A DNA stretch of 64,000 nt from Phoronis australis (Eukaryota > Animalia > Phoronida). Shown piece by piece: positions 10,986-24,574 of the stretch (its first letter is position 1; each line of letters opens with the position of its first letter). The notes below the pieces were generated by a model. It had not been told where the DNA came from. It did not search any database and worked only from the letters and a program-made list of their open reading frames with translations. The stretch is taken from NCBI GenBank assembly GCA_002633005.1, contig NMRA01000039.1, positions 427,225 to 491,224 on the forward strand, read 5' to 3'. Position numbers and translations under genes: made by a program.

Positions 10986-11657
10986 TTATCTTTCACTAGA
11001 TTTCAGGGGAGATAATCTAGCTTTTTTAGAAGACGTCGACTCAAACATGAACGACGTTTCGTCCGTTATCCGGCCGTTCGCTTGCTGGTTCGCCGTGTGT
11101 TCTTCGCCTGTCTTGTCAGTGTCAGAATTTAAAGTTGTCAACGAACTGCTGAGTTGCTTCGCCAACATCGAAGCCTGAGAGCACGCGGGAAAAACGGAGC
11201 AGTGTGTTTTCCTTCTTTTCTGGTTTTTGTGATCACTCGAGTTGTTTAACCGCGAATCCTGTACTGAAGAAGCCGACATTGCATCTGATTGGCTCTCTGT
11301 GGAGCACGCGGTAGTATTAGCGTCAAACAATTGGTAGTTAAAGTTATGATTGGGAATAAACACTGTAACAGTTGGTCGTCTGCGTTCGTTCCTTTCTTTC
11401 CTTTGTTGAGCGTTTAGCCCCTGAGTTACTCTAGCTCTATACTCGTTGTGTTCCTCTTTACGTCTGGCTAACAATTTCTTCCGATGTCTATAACTTAAAA
11501 AAGAGACGACTAAGAATGTTATCATTAACAGCGTAACCGCAGCATACGGTATCCATAAGTACGGCCCGAGCGATGCTTCATTGGTAGATGCTGACCCTTG
11601 CGTGGGGGTCACGTATTCTGTTCCCGCTATTTGTGAGGTATTCATGGTCGTCATCAT
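10986..11657 (-). CDS. Uncharacterised single-pass (type III-like) membrane protein, 223 aa, intronless ORF
   Basis: Longest ORF outside BAZ2B; ATG start; S/T-rich N-terminus with an NTS sequon; hydrophobic YLWIPYAAVTLLMITFLVVSFLSY followed directly by the basic stop-transfer RHRKK; disordered tail. Confidence 0.7.
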   Translation of the reverse strand: MMTTMNTSQIAGTEYVTPTQGSASTNEASLGPYLWIPYAAVTLLMITFLVVSFLSYRHRKKLLARRKEEHNEYRARVTQGLNAQQRKERNERRRPTVTVFIPNHNFNYQLFDANTTACSTESQSDAMSASSVQDSRLNNSSDHKNQKRRKTHCSVFPACSQASMLAKQLSSSLTTLNSDTDKTGEEHTANQQANGRITDETSFMFESTSSKKARLSPLKSSER

Positions 11658-12022
11658 ATCATACCGTATCTAGAGTTTCCTTCGCGTATCCGAGTGTGCA
11701 TTTCCAGAACCGTGACTTCCCAATTCTGAAACAACACAATGAATCCATGAACGTGACTTAAGATTTAAGTCTGAAATTTGGTCTTGCGCCCCCGCTTCAA
11801 AAATTGATGAAAATAGGTTTAGCCAAATAATTACGAGGGCATCACAGTTTAAAAATAATTGATGGAAATTATCCCAGTAACTACTAGTTATGTGTATATT
11901 CTCAGACACTGTGGTCTTTAACACAATTGAGGTTTAATTATTTTTCAAAAATATTTGTGCGAAGCGTACGACCAAATTTCGGTCCAAGTCCTAAGTCACT
12001 TTTCATGAAACACATCTCATGC

Positions 12023-12363
12023 GCTGCATTTCAGCCTATTTAGCTTGTAAAAACGAAAATCCAATTTGGCCTTTTACTCACATAAAATTGATCTCATAAT
12101 ATTCCATACAGTAACTGGGTTTCATTACCGTAACCAACTTAAGTCACAACAATGCATATATGCGTCATTATCGAGTTCGCAATTTCAGGGTTGGCCAACC
12201 ACAATAAACTCTGGAGCGTTTTCTTTTTCTTTTTGTGAGTCGCTGATGATTTCGGTGTTATCGTTGTAAATTTTATCACGACAAGGAATATTATGAGTCT
12301 ATGACAGAAAAGGCCCTAATTTGATTTGAATTTTTAGTCAACTAATCAGGGCGAAATGCAGTT
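12023..12363. mobile_element. Kolobok-like MITE, family C copy 2
   Basis: gctgcatttc...gaaatgcagtt|ttaa; shared core agttcgcaatttcagggttggccaaccacaataaactctg. Confidence 0.7.
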
Positions 12364-14995
12364 TTAAGTACAAACAAGGATGAAATATCATGTGGATAAA
12401 GTTTGACGCCTTCGTTACAAAATGATTAATGACGTGCTATGACGCTACAATAGCCGCATATTGTGTAGGACCCTAGAAAAGTGTCCAAGTTTGGTTAACG
12501 TCGGAAAATCAGAAACGACAGGTCGGATTCAAAATGAAACTTTCAGATTTTATGATTTATACGCTTTTCTTCAACGCGGTTTAAGGAATTGTTTTTAAAA
12601 TGTTCCACTTTTGCATGTGGGACTATCAAAAATAGAACTTTTATGTAATTTTTATGTAAAAAAATCCAAAACGTTGCATAAAAGAAAAACGAGGTGATGA
12701 TCTACAAAGCTTCAAAAGCGATCTGACGTGAGTTTCGTCTTCATGAAAATCAAATAAAATTGGGTTTTGTTTCTGATATCTTCATTTTGCTATGAGTGTA
12801 AATTTCTTTTTGCTAAAGCATATAATCACGTGACCCAATTAATGGCAGATTGATTGAAGTCAAATTCTACATGCTCCTTACTTTCAGAAAATATTTACTT
12901 TTATTGAGTTAAAATCTATGGTTTTATAGATATTTTACTAAACGTGCCGCGGTACACGTGGTATTTTAAAAGATTAACGTGTCACCAAAGGATACGCCAT
13001 GTCATTATGATTTTTGACATCTCTACAGTTCGATGCATCGATAAACGGTTGAAATTGAGCGCAGCACATTTTACATGCTATGATGACATGGGAACTAAAA
13101 CCAGATAATCTACGTGATTGACACGTGACTAATATAGTATTTGCCGTTAACTGGGTCTCATATCTTCTCTATGGCCAAAGCTAATTTCTCATGTAGTTGG
13201 TAATAATACCTCTATCCTTTTGAAATTTTTGAAAGGATAACAGTTTTTAGAATGGAATTGATCTCAATTTCAGTTTAACAGTTGAAAACGTTCATTTATC
13301 AATAAAATGTACCATGAATCACGCAAGAGATTTACATTCTTACACTATAAAAACAGAAGTGAAATACGTAGCAGAAAATGTTTTTCCAAAAACTCCTGAG
13401 ATTTGTCTAGATCGGGGTTAAAAGGACGTTCAAATGCTTATCATGCGTAGACGGCAATTGTCATGTCTTCAGCAGCCACAATTACACATTTTGTCTACAC
13501 ATCTATTAGTCATATTTTCTCGTGCTATTACAGAAAATGAAAATCTTAATAAAATAAATGTCAAACATTATTCTTCTACTTTGAACATTATCGCTAAACC
13601 TTTGAATGCTTCTTGTTGAACCTACGTGGTCCCTACATGTGTATTCCAGTTGTGAACATTAGTTATATGGCCAATATAGCTTTGGGAAAAATATGTCGTT
13701 TTGCCCTTGTTTTCTTAATTGTCATTGTCTATTATTAATGATTTTGAATAAAACGCTTCTGAGGCCAAGAGTCCCGTCCACACACACCATACCCTTGAAC
13801 AGCTTGCCCTAGTGCAAGTTACCCCCACTTTTGAGTGGAGCGTCCACACGCACAGTCACGTACAGTACAATTGTTGTATTGGGAACCAAGCGACACTCCT
13901 TACACAGTCGTTCAGTTACGCACTATGTTGTCCTATTTTGTCTGACTAGGGTGTTGATGTTTTACGGGGAGGGTTGTTCTAATTCTTAGGGGGGGACAAA
14001 TTCTAAATATTGTATATGAACATTACATTATGCTGCGCGTTGCCAATCTCTGTTTCGCAATGAGGAAGGCCAAGGTTTAGGTCGAGACGAATGCTGTTAA
14101 ATATTTTATACCGGTGTAGACGATCTTCCGGTACGGGAAGTTTATAAAGAGTTATCGGCAACTGGACGAAATATTTCAGTGTTTCGCAAAAGATGGCGCA
14201 GCAGTGAACAAAGGAAAATTGCTGAAACATTCTCTCCTGAATACACAAATATATTACTTTCATCAAAAGAATTCTGAATCAATATCTTACTCTGTACGTT
14301 GATCACAAGTAATTTTGCGACCTAAATTTAACTTGGTCCATTGAAACCCGTTTGGTCGCCTGACCTTAGATACAGTTGCAGTGGAATAACGAGTAATCTA
14401 ACAATGCGCATCCGGTAATATCATTAACGGCGCAGGACAACGTAATTAAGCAATTCAAGAGCAATCCTTGTCACGCAGATGTAAATCTTTACAAGGAGAT
14501 TTCGTCCTCACGGTTGACCGAATATTCAAAGCCTTTTTAAATGAGCAAAGGATGAAACGGTATAGAGAAAGTTTTCCAATGCATGTTGGCTTATTTTTCA
14601 ATTCTGTTATCGTGTATTTTGTGAAATTATAAATATCTGCCTTGGTTGCAGGTGGTTACTGACAATTACTTTTGCAATTTTTATTAGGTTTTAGATTACA
14701 ATAAAACGTGAAATATATTGTCTACCCAGAAAGCGCCGCTAGGTATTGCATATGATATTTTGAAAAGGATATGAGTAATTGTCTTGTATTTACTAGGTAT
14801 TTGCTAACTTAGGAAATGTGTGACGTCACTTTCATCCGTTCGCAGCACTGTAGTTCGGTTATCACCGCCAAATGATCCGACTGAAGACATCGTGTGACAT
14901 CGGCCATTAGCAAACAGAAGTAAGTTTCATGCTGGGTCATTTAACCTGATTTTCTGGTACGCATTTGACTCAGCAGATTTTGAGAGAATAGATTT

Positions 14996-15058
14996 GCCTC
15001 ATGACGAGTTCGAACTCACGACCTCAGCGGTCGCAGTCCGATGCTTTGTTACTGGGCA
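14996..15058 (-). repeat. Degenerate tRNA-derived SINE-head-like sequence
   Basis: aaagcatcggactgcgaccgctgaggtcgtgagttcgaactcgtc with a B-box-like gagttcgaactc. Confidence 0.45.
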
Positions 15059-18000
15059 GACTTAAATTAACGCCCCACTCGATAAATAGCACCGTAATGA
15101 GATTATTTTTAGGGCGATGAAGTCGCCGGCTTCGATTTCAGAGAATGGCTGACAGCCAATGGCGAGTATATTGGCCATTTGTAATAAAATCACAGACACA
15201 AATGATTTTTGCGTCATAGCTCTTGTTAAGAAGTCTGTATATCATAAAGTCCCACTTTTGCGTTTTCCTGCTCCAAAACCAAACATACCCATTTAATCAA
15301 AACAACGTCCATATCAATAGGTACCGTTTGCGCAAAGAAATATAAATACCAACTGTAAAGATATAAAAACAGGGCCATGTCAATATCTGTTTATTTTTTC
15401 AAATAAAATATACCGAATTCTCCGAGAATATCTATTCAAATCTCGAATAAAGACTCATAATAGTGTTAGGTACAACAGTATCAACCAGGGCACTTTCCAG
15501 TGGGAGATGCGTATGAAGTGCAGATTAAAGCTGTCACAAATTGCAGGCGGTTTACAATTGCGAGAAGGACATGCGAGAGGGGACGTGAAACTCTAAATAG
15601 TGCAAAACAGTGACAGTACTTTGTGCCATTTGTTTTCGTTGTTAGACACTGCAGCGTGTATCGTTTTTACAGACTTCTGTCCGATATGCTTGCCAGGGTC
15701 AATGCTTGCTCGGCTGATTTCAAAGTATAATTAAGCCGCGGCGAAAAGTATTATGTGTTCACATAGGCGTCCAATGGGGAACGGTGGATTCATTAAAATA
15801 TAACAAAACCATGTCACTATAATTATACTATTGTTTTGATCTCAGTTCCGCTTCGATTTTTTGCAAATCATGTACGTACTTAACATAAAATCCCTCTGTA
15901 AATACGAAATATGGATTGACATTTGGCTTGATTAGGCGTCATTGTCATCTACTATCTGGTGTGTGTTCATGTCCATTCATCGTGAAGCGCCTAATCGAAA
16001 GTTTCGACAACTCGTGAATGCACGCTGGACTTATTCCGCATCGTAAAAACGGATCCCTAATTGGATTGGATAGTCTTTGCACGCAACTCTTTTCAATTAT
16101 TCTTCTTTGTACATGTAGGTGTAAATTGAATTTTTAACCCCATATCACTGAACACGGAAAACGAGCTACCTAAGTAAATTTCGCTGACAAACCAAACTTT
16201 TCGTTCTTGACTAAAACAATGGAACGTTTTCCTTTGCAGTTGCTAGTCGCCCTCTGAACGCGAAAACACATTCAAAGCTTCTATAAGTTACCTCACCTAG
16301 CGCGCCATTCTCGCGGGGCCATGTTAAAGCGACGGCTGTCGTCAGTTTGATGAGTAAATCATGCGCTATGTGTCAACCAAGTCGGCTTAAATGTCCCAGT
16401 GATATTAGGCTATCGATGAAGAGCTTCCCAAAAATCAAAGTTGCCTTGAGCACAGAATATGTCTGATGAGAATGACTTGGGAGATGTCAGACCAACCCAG
16501 GCAACGGAAATACACTTCTCTATCATCCAATAAAGAACGTTTAACGATTGAGGAAATTTCACTTTACGTTAATTGATAAACGATAATGCGTCCTATGCGA
16601 TGTTCTCTTTCAATCGGAAACTTACAGAGGAGTGGAATTGACGAAGTAAGACATCAAAGTTTTCGAATAATGTTGACAAAACAGTGGAAAAGTTTTTTTT
16701 CAGCGCTTGCACGTTTTTGTCTCGACAGGCAAGTTCGTAAGTAATGCTACCCCATTGTCAAACCCTATCTGCGTTCGCTCTTGAAAGTGCAAAGGTGTTC
16801 GCTTATATTAACTATGCTTTTTATTTTCACTATCAGTTCTTGTTACTTACTATGAAACTCTGGAAGCCAACAGTCGACGGTACACAAGTAAAGACACTCA
16901 ACATCCAGTTACGGGCACTAGCCCAGCCTGTCGAACGCAAAGTTTTTTTCACAGTAGAATTTGAATCAGGGGTTTAGGTTGGTGTCAGGACTAGGAGGAA
17001 CTGAAGAGAAAATTATATAAAGAGAATTTCAGTGATGATCGTATCGAACTTTTGACCTGGGTAAAGATAAAGGCAGGGTGCAATGACACCAGCAGAGCAT
17101 TGATAGCTGATGACAACGGGTGGGTTTAGTGACGTGACAACCGCCAGGGAAACCCTAGGGGGACACATGCCCGAAATCATTAACCTTGTTCCTGAACCTA
17201 GATTAGCCCCCTTGATAATTATCATAGAACAAACCGTGTACGTATTAATCCGTTTGAATGTGATTATCAAATACGAATTACGTTACCTTAAGTTCTGTGA
17301 CGAGATCAGGGCGTCAAGCTACTAGGAACATCGCTATGCAATCCAGTAACAACATTAGCGCGATTGATTTCAGTCATATCCAATGTGGTTGCGCTCCATG
17401 TATGTGTGATTCAATAAAAAACGCAAGTATGCGTTATCAGAACCTTTTTACTTGATAGCGCTTCTTTACTCCTTGATCATTGGGTATAATTAGTCACGTG
17501 GTAATGGCATGTTAACATGGTTACCGTTAAAGAGCACTTGACTATGTTTACAGCTTTGTTTACGCAATAATGTTTTAAAATATTTACTAGAACTTAACAA
17601 ATGATCATTACATCATGTTTATGATTCGACTGGATGCGAAAACACTATGATAATATGCGGCTCAATTTCAACAATATATACTACAATGGGACACAAATCG
17701 TGTATTCAGCATTCCGCTAGCGGGTAAGCTACTTACAACAAGCGTATTAGCTAACATAAAGTCCACTATAATATAATCGAGCGCGCAATCTGAAGTTACA
17801 AAATGTTTTCTATTGTTAGTATTTATTTTACGATCAATAATTTAAATTATATTGAGTCAGTCATCCGGAAGACATGGTTTTTGCTCAAACAGGAGTGACG
17901 CTGTAGACGTCTGAACATCGCTATAAGCTACAGTGTAGCTGTGCTAGCGGTAGACTATGCAAACATATAAGTAGTAAATAAAAATAAACAAAAGCTATTT

Positions 18001-20717
18001 GAAAGCCTTTACACACGTCTACATAGAATCAAGAAGGGAGACTCATTCTGGGTCAGGGTAGTGCTCTGATCGTATCTTAAATGACCGTTCAAATCTTATC
18101 AGCCTTTCATCAAATGAATAACAATCCGTGGTGACAGCCAGAATTGACGCTATTGTTTACGTTGTCGTTGTTTCATTTTGTTTCATTTTATCGAGGTTGG
18201 CAACGCACAGTAAAATTTCGTTATGAAACAACGAAATATTATAACAGTTTCAGCTCAAAGTGAATATTATAATTTGTGTTATCTTTTGTGACGTTGTTCC
18301 TCATGGACGTGGTTTTGAAATTAAATTGAAACGTCGACACTATTGCGTTTTTTCTGATATTTTTCCGAAATTCGAAATGTATGTTTGTGAACTCCACAAC
18401 ACAACAAAGCAATGTGCCACGACTGTACTACTGGCCTGGAAGATCACTTATAATACTGTGTCTAACTTTCTTTCTGTACCCGAATTCCCTTGATGTCTCA
18501 AAGCTTGCGCACGTTTCAATTCCAAAATATCTTGTTCTTGCAATTAAGAAAAACCAGAATCAACTGAAAGCGCAAAATTAATGAAGGATACTTACAATTC
18601 ATTATATCGATATAATTTATTAATTTAGGAACAACGCCGTTCAGGGTGTTCCATCAAAACAGGAGAACCGATCAAACATTGTTTGATGAAAAATAAATCT
18701 TCCTACTTTAAATAGTTGTTCTGATACGTTGTTGTGACACTTTGCTTTACTATCTGAGAATTTTAGACAACTTATGACGGATTGCCTTTCTACGTTATTC
18801 TGCTGCTAAAGTTGTGGCGCGGTCTTTTGCGCCGGCTTTCGGCTACATGAAATATTGCCTCACCTATTGGGTAAGTTTCTTTTTCCCCAATTCTTCATTC
18901 AACTGTTATTCTTCTATGAGGTTGTGTATATGTGACAGCAAATTAATCAACAATAGCAATCGAAAGTCGAAATTTGTTTTTCATTTTTGGAAATATTTTT
19001 GGAGAAATCATTGAATAATCTGAAATTAACTAAATATTCACCGAGATACAACGTGTTGAGAGTTTAGATTACGTTAAAATCCACCCACAGACAAGTTGCA
19101 CGAGTTTTACCGATAAAAATCAAATAACAAAGTTAACATAATAAGTTACGTTTTATTATTGACAATTTATAACAAACAAATGTGCTTGAAGATGCTTTAA
19201 CTCTAAGTTTGAAGCTATTGACAACGGTCCCAGAAAATTTGAAAAATTGTCCCGGTTTCCCGTCCGATCCACGGGTTCCTGGTTTAAGGTCAGGGTTTGT
19301 GTTTTTTAGGCTGGTTAGCCCGTTTTCCGGGGTTCCTGTTTGGATGGAATATCCTGTCTTTGCTTACTAGTAATATCTCGAGTGCTCTCATTTGGGCGTT
19401 ATTGGTATGCAACTGAAGAGCTGGCACGCCAACTTCGATCTCGCGCGGGTGTGGGGTCATTTGCTTTCGTTTGTTCAGGTGTTTGCTAAGGAATGAATAC
19501 AAGGCTTAGGGTGGAATGCATATTTAGTACAAACGAAGTAAGTTTAAAACTGTTATCATTAAAGACTTTATCATGACAAATCTCATCTATATTTTTTGAA
19601 TATTTTGCGGTGTAATTTCCCCAAGCATTGTCAAACGGAGGACCATCTGCTTACGATTCCGCGAATTGAGAAGTCGGCCGTGGGAAATACCGTTGCCTTG
19701 CTGGTAAGTGTAATGTAAAGCCATCTATAAGTAATATCTGCATGAACAAACGCCACCTGTCGTGAGCACTTATATGATGCCAAAACCATGTACCTAGCAA
19801 AAACAAATAACAAATTAACACGAGGCCAATGATAAAATGTCACCGTTTTCACTGTCACTAAATTTTTTCGTAACTTCAACGTTTTCCAACCGAATTGCAT
19901 AAGAATCATATTATTAGAAGGCCTTTCATTACCAGTCATTAAACCAGAAGCACACGACAACAAAAATAATTTACCTCATAAATAATTATCATTTAGCGTA
20001 CCTGACAGGCTTAAAATATTTTTTAACTCTAAAAACCAAGGGTGTTTCCAAAATGCGGTGTGATAATGAGGCCCTTCGTGTAATAATGGACTGATTTATT
20101 AACTTGTGAGTCAACTAGTAAATTGCAATTTCAATTGCCTTACATTAAAAAAGTGCAGGTGGTCTGATGTCATTTGCGGTGCATTAGACATGCGCAGGCC
20201 TCATAGTTGGGCTCATCCCACCAAACATCTGAGCTAAAAGCTTGAGAGACCCATTGTGGTTCTTCGTGAAGAAAGTTTTCAAGTCTGCCAGTCTCCTTTA
20301 AGAAAACGGATAAACGTTTCCATTTGTTGCCATGCACTATATGTTCTAGGTATGAAACAGTGCCATCCAGTAGGTTGCTCCTTAGCCTATAAAAGCTACC
20401 TTACTGTAACACAGAAAAGCAATGAACCAGAGAAGTTATTTAAGTGACTAATTAAACCAGCAGAGAAATAGTTTCAATGATTCAAAAGGTTGCTACCGTA
20501 TATAGACAAAGATTTTAAAATATGAATCTCTCACAGTTGCATTGAAGAATTTACTCAGGCATTCATACAAAGCTATACATCTTTATATAGTATTTGGATT
20601 TTTGGTGCAGCTTGACACAATAAAATTTCAGGATTGACATTTGCAAAAGATGTGATAAACTAATTACTCCAACTTCGAGCTAAGTTTTTCTAGTGGAAAG
20701 TTCTTCACAAAGTAAAA

Positions 20718-21054
20718 GTGTGTGACACTGTTACATATAGTGTGTGACACTGATACATATAGTGTGTGACACTGATACATGTAGTGTGTGACACTGATAC
20801 ATGTTGCGTGTGACACTGATACATGTAGTGTGTGACACTGATACATGTAGTGTGTGACACTGATACATATAGTGTGTGACACTGATACATGTAGTGTGTG
20901 ACACTGATACATGTAGTGTGTGACACTGATACATGTAGTGTGTGACACTGATACATGTAGTGTGTGACACTGATACATGTAGTGTGTGACACTGATACAT
21001 GTAGTGTGTGACACTGATACATATAGTGTGTGACACTGATACATGTAGTGTGTG
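20718..21054. repeat. Minisatellite, 22-bp unit gtgtgtgacactgatacatgta, ~15 copies
   Basis: Direct head-to-tail repeat without spacers; explains three repetitive ORFs. Confidence 0.97.
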
Positions 21055-21615
21055 TTACCGTAAACAAGAGACATTGGAACACATTTCTACGATTATGTAT
21101 TTTAGTTAAGAAAATGAACTCTGGAAAATTAGTAACAAAAAGACCATGTTAATTTGAACACTTGTTACATAGTTGTCAACATTCGAGAATGACAAAACGG
21201 GACAACTGGGTTGGAAAGCGGGACACCTAGTGGGTCTATGCTAAAACGGAATGTTGAAATGTTCGCTGCAGCACAAAAAAAAACATGACATGGGCTTTTT
21301 CGCATATGTCATTTCCAATGTGTGTCAAACATCGAGACATTTTGATCGTTTGGTCTGATGGCTGGAAATTCAAAAAGTGCTACAATCTACCGAGAGCGGA
21401 ACAATTTAGAAGTTCATTGAACGCTGTCAGTAACACAGCTATTGGACTGGATTCTTTTACAATGTAAACTTTCCATTTTTTAATTTTATTTCACGGGTAT
21501 AGGTAAACAATACAGACGAAGTTCGCTGATATGCAATTTAATTAACATCAAAAAAGTATCTAAGCAACAGGTAAACATTGCACAAATCAATTAATATACA
21601 AACAGTACAAAACTC

Positions 21616-21672
21616 ATGCACACACATGTACACATACATGCACGCACGCATGCACGCTTACACACACGCGCG

Positions 21673-21720
<48 letters not shown>

Positions 21721-21742
21721 CGCACGCACGCACACACACCAC
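21616..21742. repeat. Imperfect (CA)n/(CACG)n microsatellite
   Basis: Read directly. Confidence 0.95.
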
Positions 21743-23174
21743 AGAGTTGTTTTTTCGGAGGTTAAGGAAACATTGTTTAGGGAATCACACCAGATATTAG
21801 GTATAAACTTTTCATATAAAATTTGCAGACCAAACACTCAGAAACCAAATGTTACTTCTTTCCGGGAAATACCGTAACGTGTTGAAAAGTCCAAACGTGT
21901 CGTTTGGTAGGTTGTCGGAAGTGGCTCTAAGACTGGACCTGAAACGACAGAGTATTCCGGCATCCAGCCAAGGTCGGTGCCTATAAAGAGTGACCAGTGT
22001 AATTGTCGAGTATGTTGACAAATTTTGCCAAAAAAGAGTGCCGTACCCCAAAAATTTCGCTTGATGATTCCGTTATGAACAAAAATGACAAAATGAAAAT
22101 GGAGCAATGAAATTTGGCTTGATTTTACTCACCAACTCAACCAAAACTCAGTCGAGCAGACAAACGGAAATTCACAATGCAAACTCTCGCAAACCAGCTC
22201 TGTACACTAGAATGCATGGTTTACGCGCTAGAGTTGGCATTGCCATGCCTAGACTTCTATGGTAAGAGTAAATATACAATCACAAACTCGTAACAGTTCA
22301 CGTAAAATTTAGCTCCTAAATACCCTGTTCTTGGGACATGCCATGTTGGCAACGTTTTTCTTGTCATAGGTGATCAAAGAGGACAGGTCCTTTAGGTACA
22401 CACTCGTAGTTAATTTATCCACCGACAGGAAAATTAAGCTTTGCTAATAGGCGGAGTTATCAGCAGTTTACATTGAGTTTAGTATCATCATCTAAGTTGT
22501 GGTATAAATATCATTTCAAGCATTGCTCACGCACGCTTGGCTTAGTGGGACTGGACTTATGTCCGGATGCACCAAATACTGGACGTTGGTGAATATAAGC
22601 CCACAATCTAGGGACTTACATTACATATTCGGTGAACACGCACTGTTTTGGATTTATCTTTCTAAACAGATTTGCGCGGCGACAGGACACAGCCGCGTGA
22701 AGAGGCTGATTTTACATGGTCGGTGCGTTCAGTGTGGTGGGTTAACACCTGAGCAGGTGGGCTTTCATGCATAGGCAGAAAATTGGGGGTGGGCTTATGA
22801 CCGTGTAGGGATTATTCCAAAAGTGGAAGGTAGTCTTTTGCCAGCATTTATGCCCATAATTTAACACTTTGCGCGTATTCTTGTGCTTATCACGCATCAC
22901 GTTAACGACCAGATCTGGAGACTAGACTTATGTCGCATCCGAGGCACAACATAGTTAGTACAGGGCACCTGCTGGATTTCGTTATTTGAACTCACACAAT
23001 CAGATAGAAATGAGGCGTATGAGATGTAATTTATGAGAAAATCTATCACTTTGTTGCTGAATTTTCAGAGGTTAGAAACTTGAGTGTCACAGTGGAGACC
23101 TTTACCTGCAATAGATAATTTTCTCGGCTGAAACAGAAAATCACCGAGCGAAACCGCGTGCTTGGTTCAAGAGG

Positions 23175-23312
23175 CAGGGTAGGGTTCAGTAGCAGTCTCG
23201 CGGCAAGAAAAATCTAGCCAAAATCACGTGCTCTCATTGAAAATACATGGCAATGTCTCGCATGATCTCTTGCTTTTCTAGCAAGGTCTTAGCGTTATTG
23301 AACTCTACCAAG
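23175..23312. mobile_element. ~140-bp MITE, family A copy 3
   Basis: cag-ggtagggttca...tagccaaaatcacgtg...tgaactctacc-aag; colinear with 2512-2659. Confidence 0.78.
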
Positions 23313-23574
23313 AGCTCAAAAGCTGGACTTGATTGATTTCGCTGATTCCTCATTGTTAACCGGCTAAGACATCTGATTGGTCTGTAAGGCGTAATTTGTT
23401 TTAAAAAATCCAGGACAGATTACGCATTTATGCTATTCGTAAATTGGACAAATGGAAACGTCTTTTTTATTGCTAAAACCATTAAATCCGTTGGGCTTGA
23501 GCAATTTACATAAAACAATAATGAAAACAGACCTTAAGAAAACACAGGCTATTGTTGGCTTACGAAGCAAATGC

Positions 23575-23870
23575 TTATACGAGACCAGATAAGCTAAGCG
23601 AGACTTTCATCCGTTTTCATACAAACATACAAAAGGAAAACGTTCGGATAAGCTCTGACGTAAACAGATGTTGCAGGGTTCGTGACATTTCGAAGTTCAG
23701 ACAAAGCCTCGTCAGAGGTCTATTAGCCATTTCTAGACAGCTTTTCCGTAACAAATAATTACCACGAGGCCGTGCAATGATACATGTTTACGTCAGAGCT
23801 TATCCGTGCGTTTTCGCAGCATCAAAACGGGTAGTTAAAAGTCTCTATTGTCTACTGTGGCACGTATAAG
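23575..23870. repeat. Degenerate foldback element with a perfect 22-bp inner inverted repeat
   Basis: cggataagctctgacgtaaaca (23645-23666) / tgtttacgtcagagcttatccg (23785-23806); outer matching blocks cttatacg, gagacttt, ccgtttt. Confidence 0.7.
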
Positions 23871-24574
23871 TTTTTCTATGTTCAGGCAGTTAAAATTTTT
23901 AACTGCAGTCAAGAAGAAATGGTAACCTATTGATTGTACATTGTGGTTCATCTGATTTCCCTCTTCGCACTCTAGATGTTTTGTGTGCTCACCTGAAAAT
24001 GATTTTAGGTTAATAAAACGAAACGTCGTGTTTTATGAAAAATACGGTGTGATTGCGGTTATTTTTACAGTAATGTTAACTAATCCAGCGAGGTGGCTAA
24101 GAATCAGATGAACAAGGCAAAATAGTGGGGACACGTTTTGTGTACGTTCAGGGATTCTTTTACAACTAGTCATATAATGAAACCAGCAAATACTTGGATA
24201 AACAGAATTCTGAAACAAAATGATGAGAATAAATATTGGAGCATAATATTCGTAATATTAGTAACCAGTCACCGCCCTCTGTTGGCAAACGCAGTTGCCC
24301 CTGGCGATAACTTCGGAGACATCTCTTCGCTGTTAACTCCACCTCTTTACTTCCAAGTACTAAACTTACAGTTTTAACTTCGATTCAAGACCTAACTCAA
24401 GTTTTCCCTTGACCGAGACTTCGCTAACACCGAAGCTTCAGAGCCAGTGGCAAATTAGTTACAACTTTGAAGCTCATTCATTCCTGAGATCAGTGACTGT
24501 ATACCTGTATTGTGTGGAGTGGTTGGCTTATTCATTGACTCCACCCATGCGTCAAAACTAATCCGATGTTACTG

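Noticed and set aside
20664-21082. CRISPR-like array or His/Cys-rich repeat proteins in three frames
   Set aside because: A contiguous 22-bp minisatellite with no unique spacers and no cas genes, in a eukaryotic context. The ORFs are by-products of a stop-free repeat unit.
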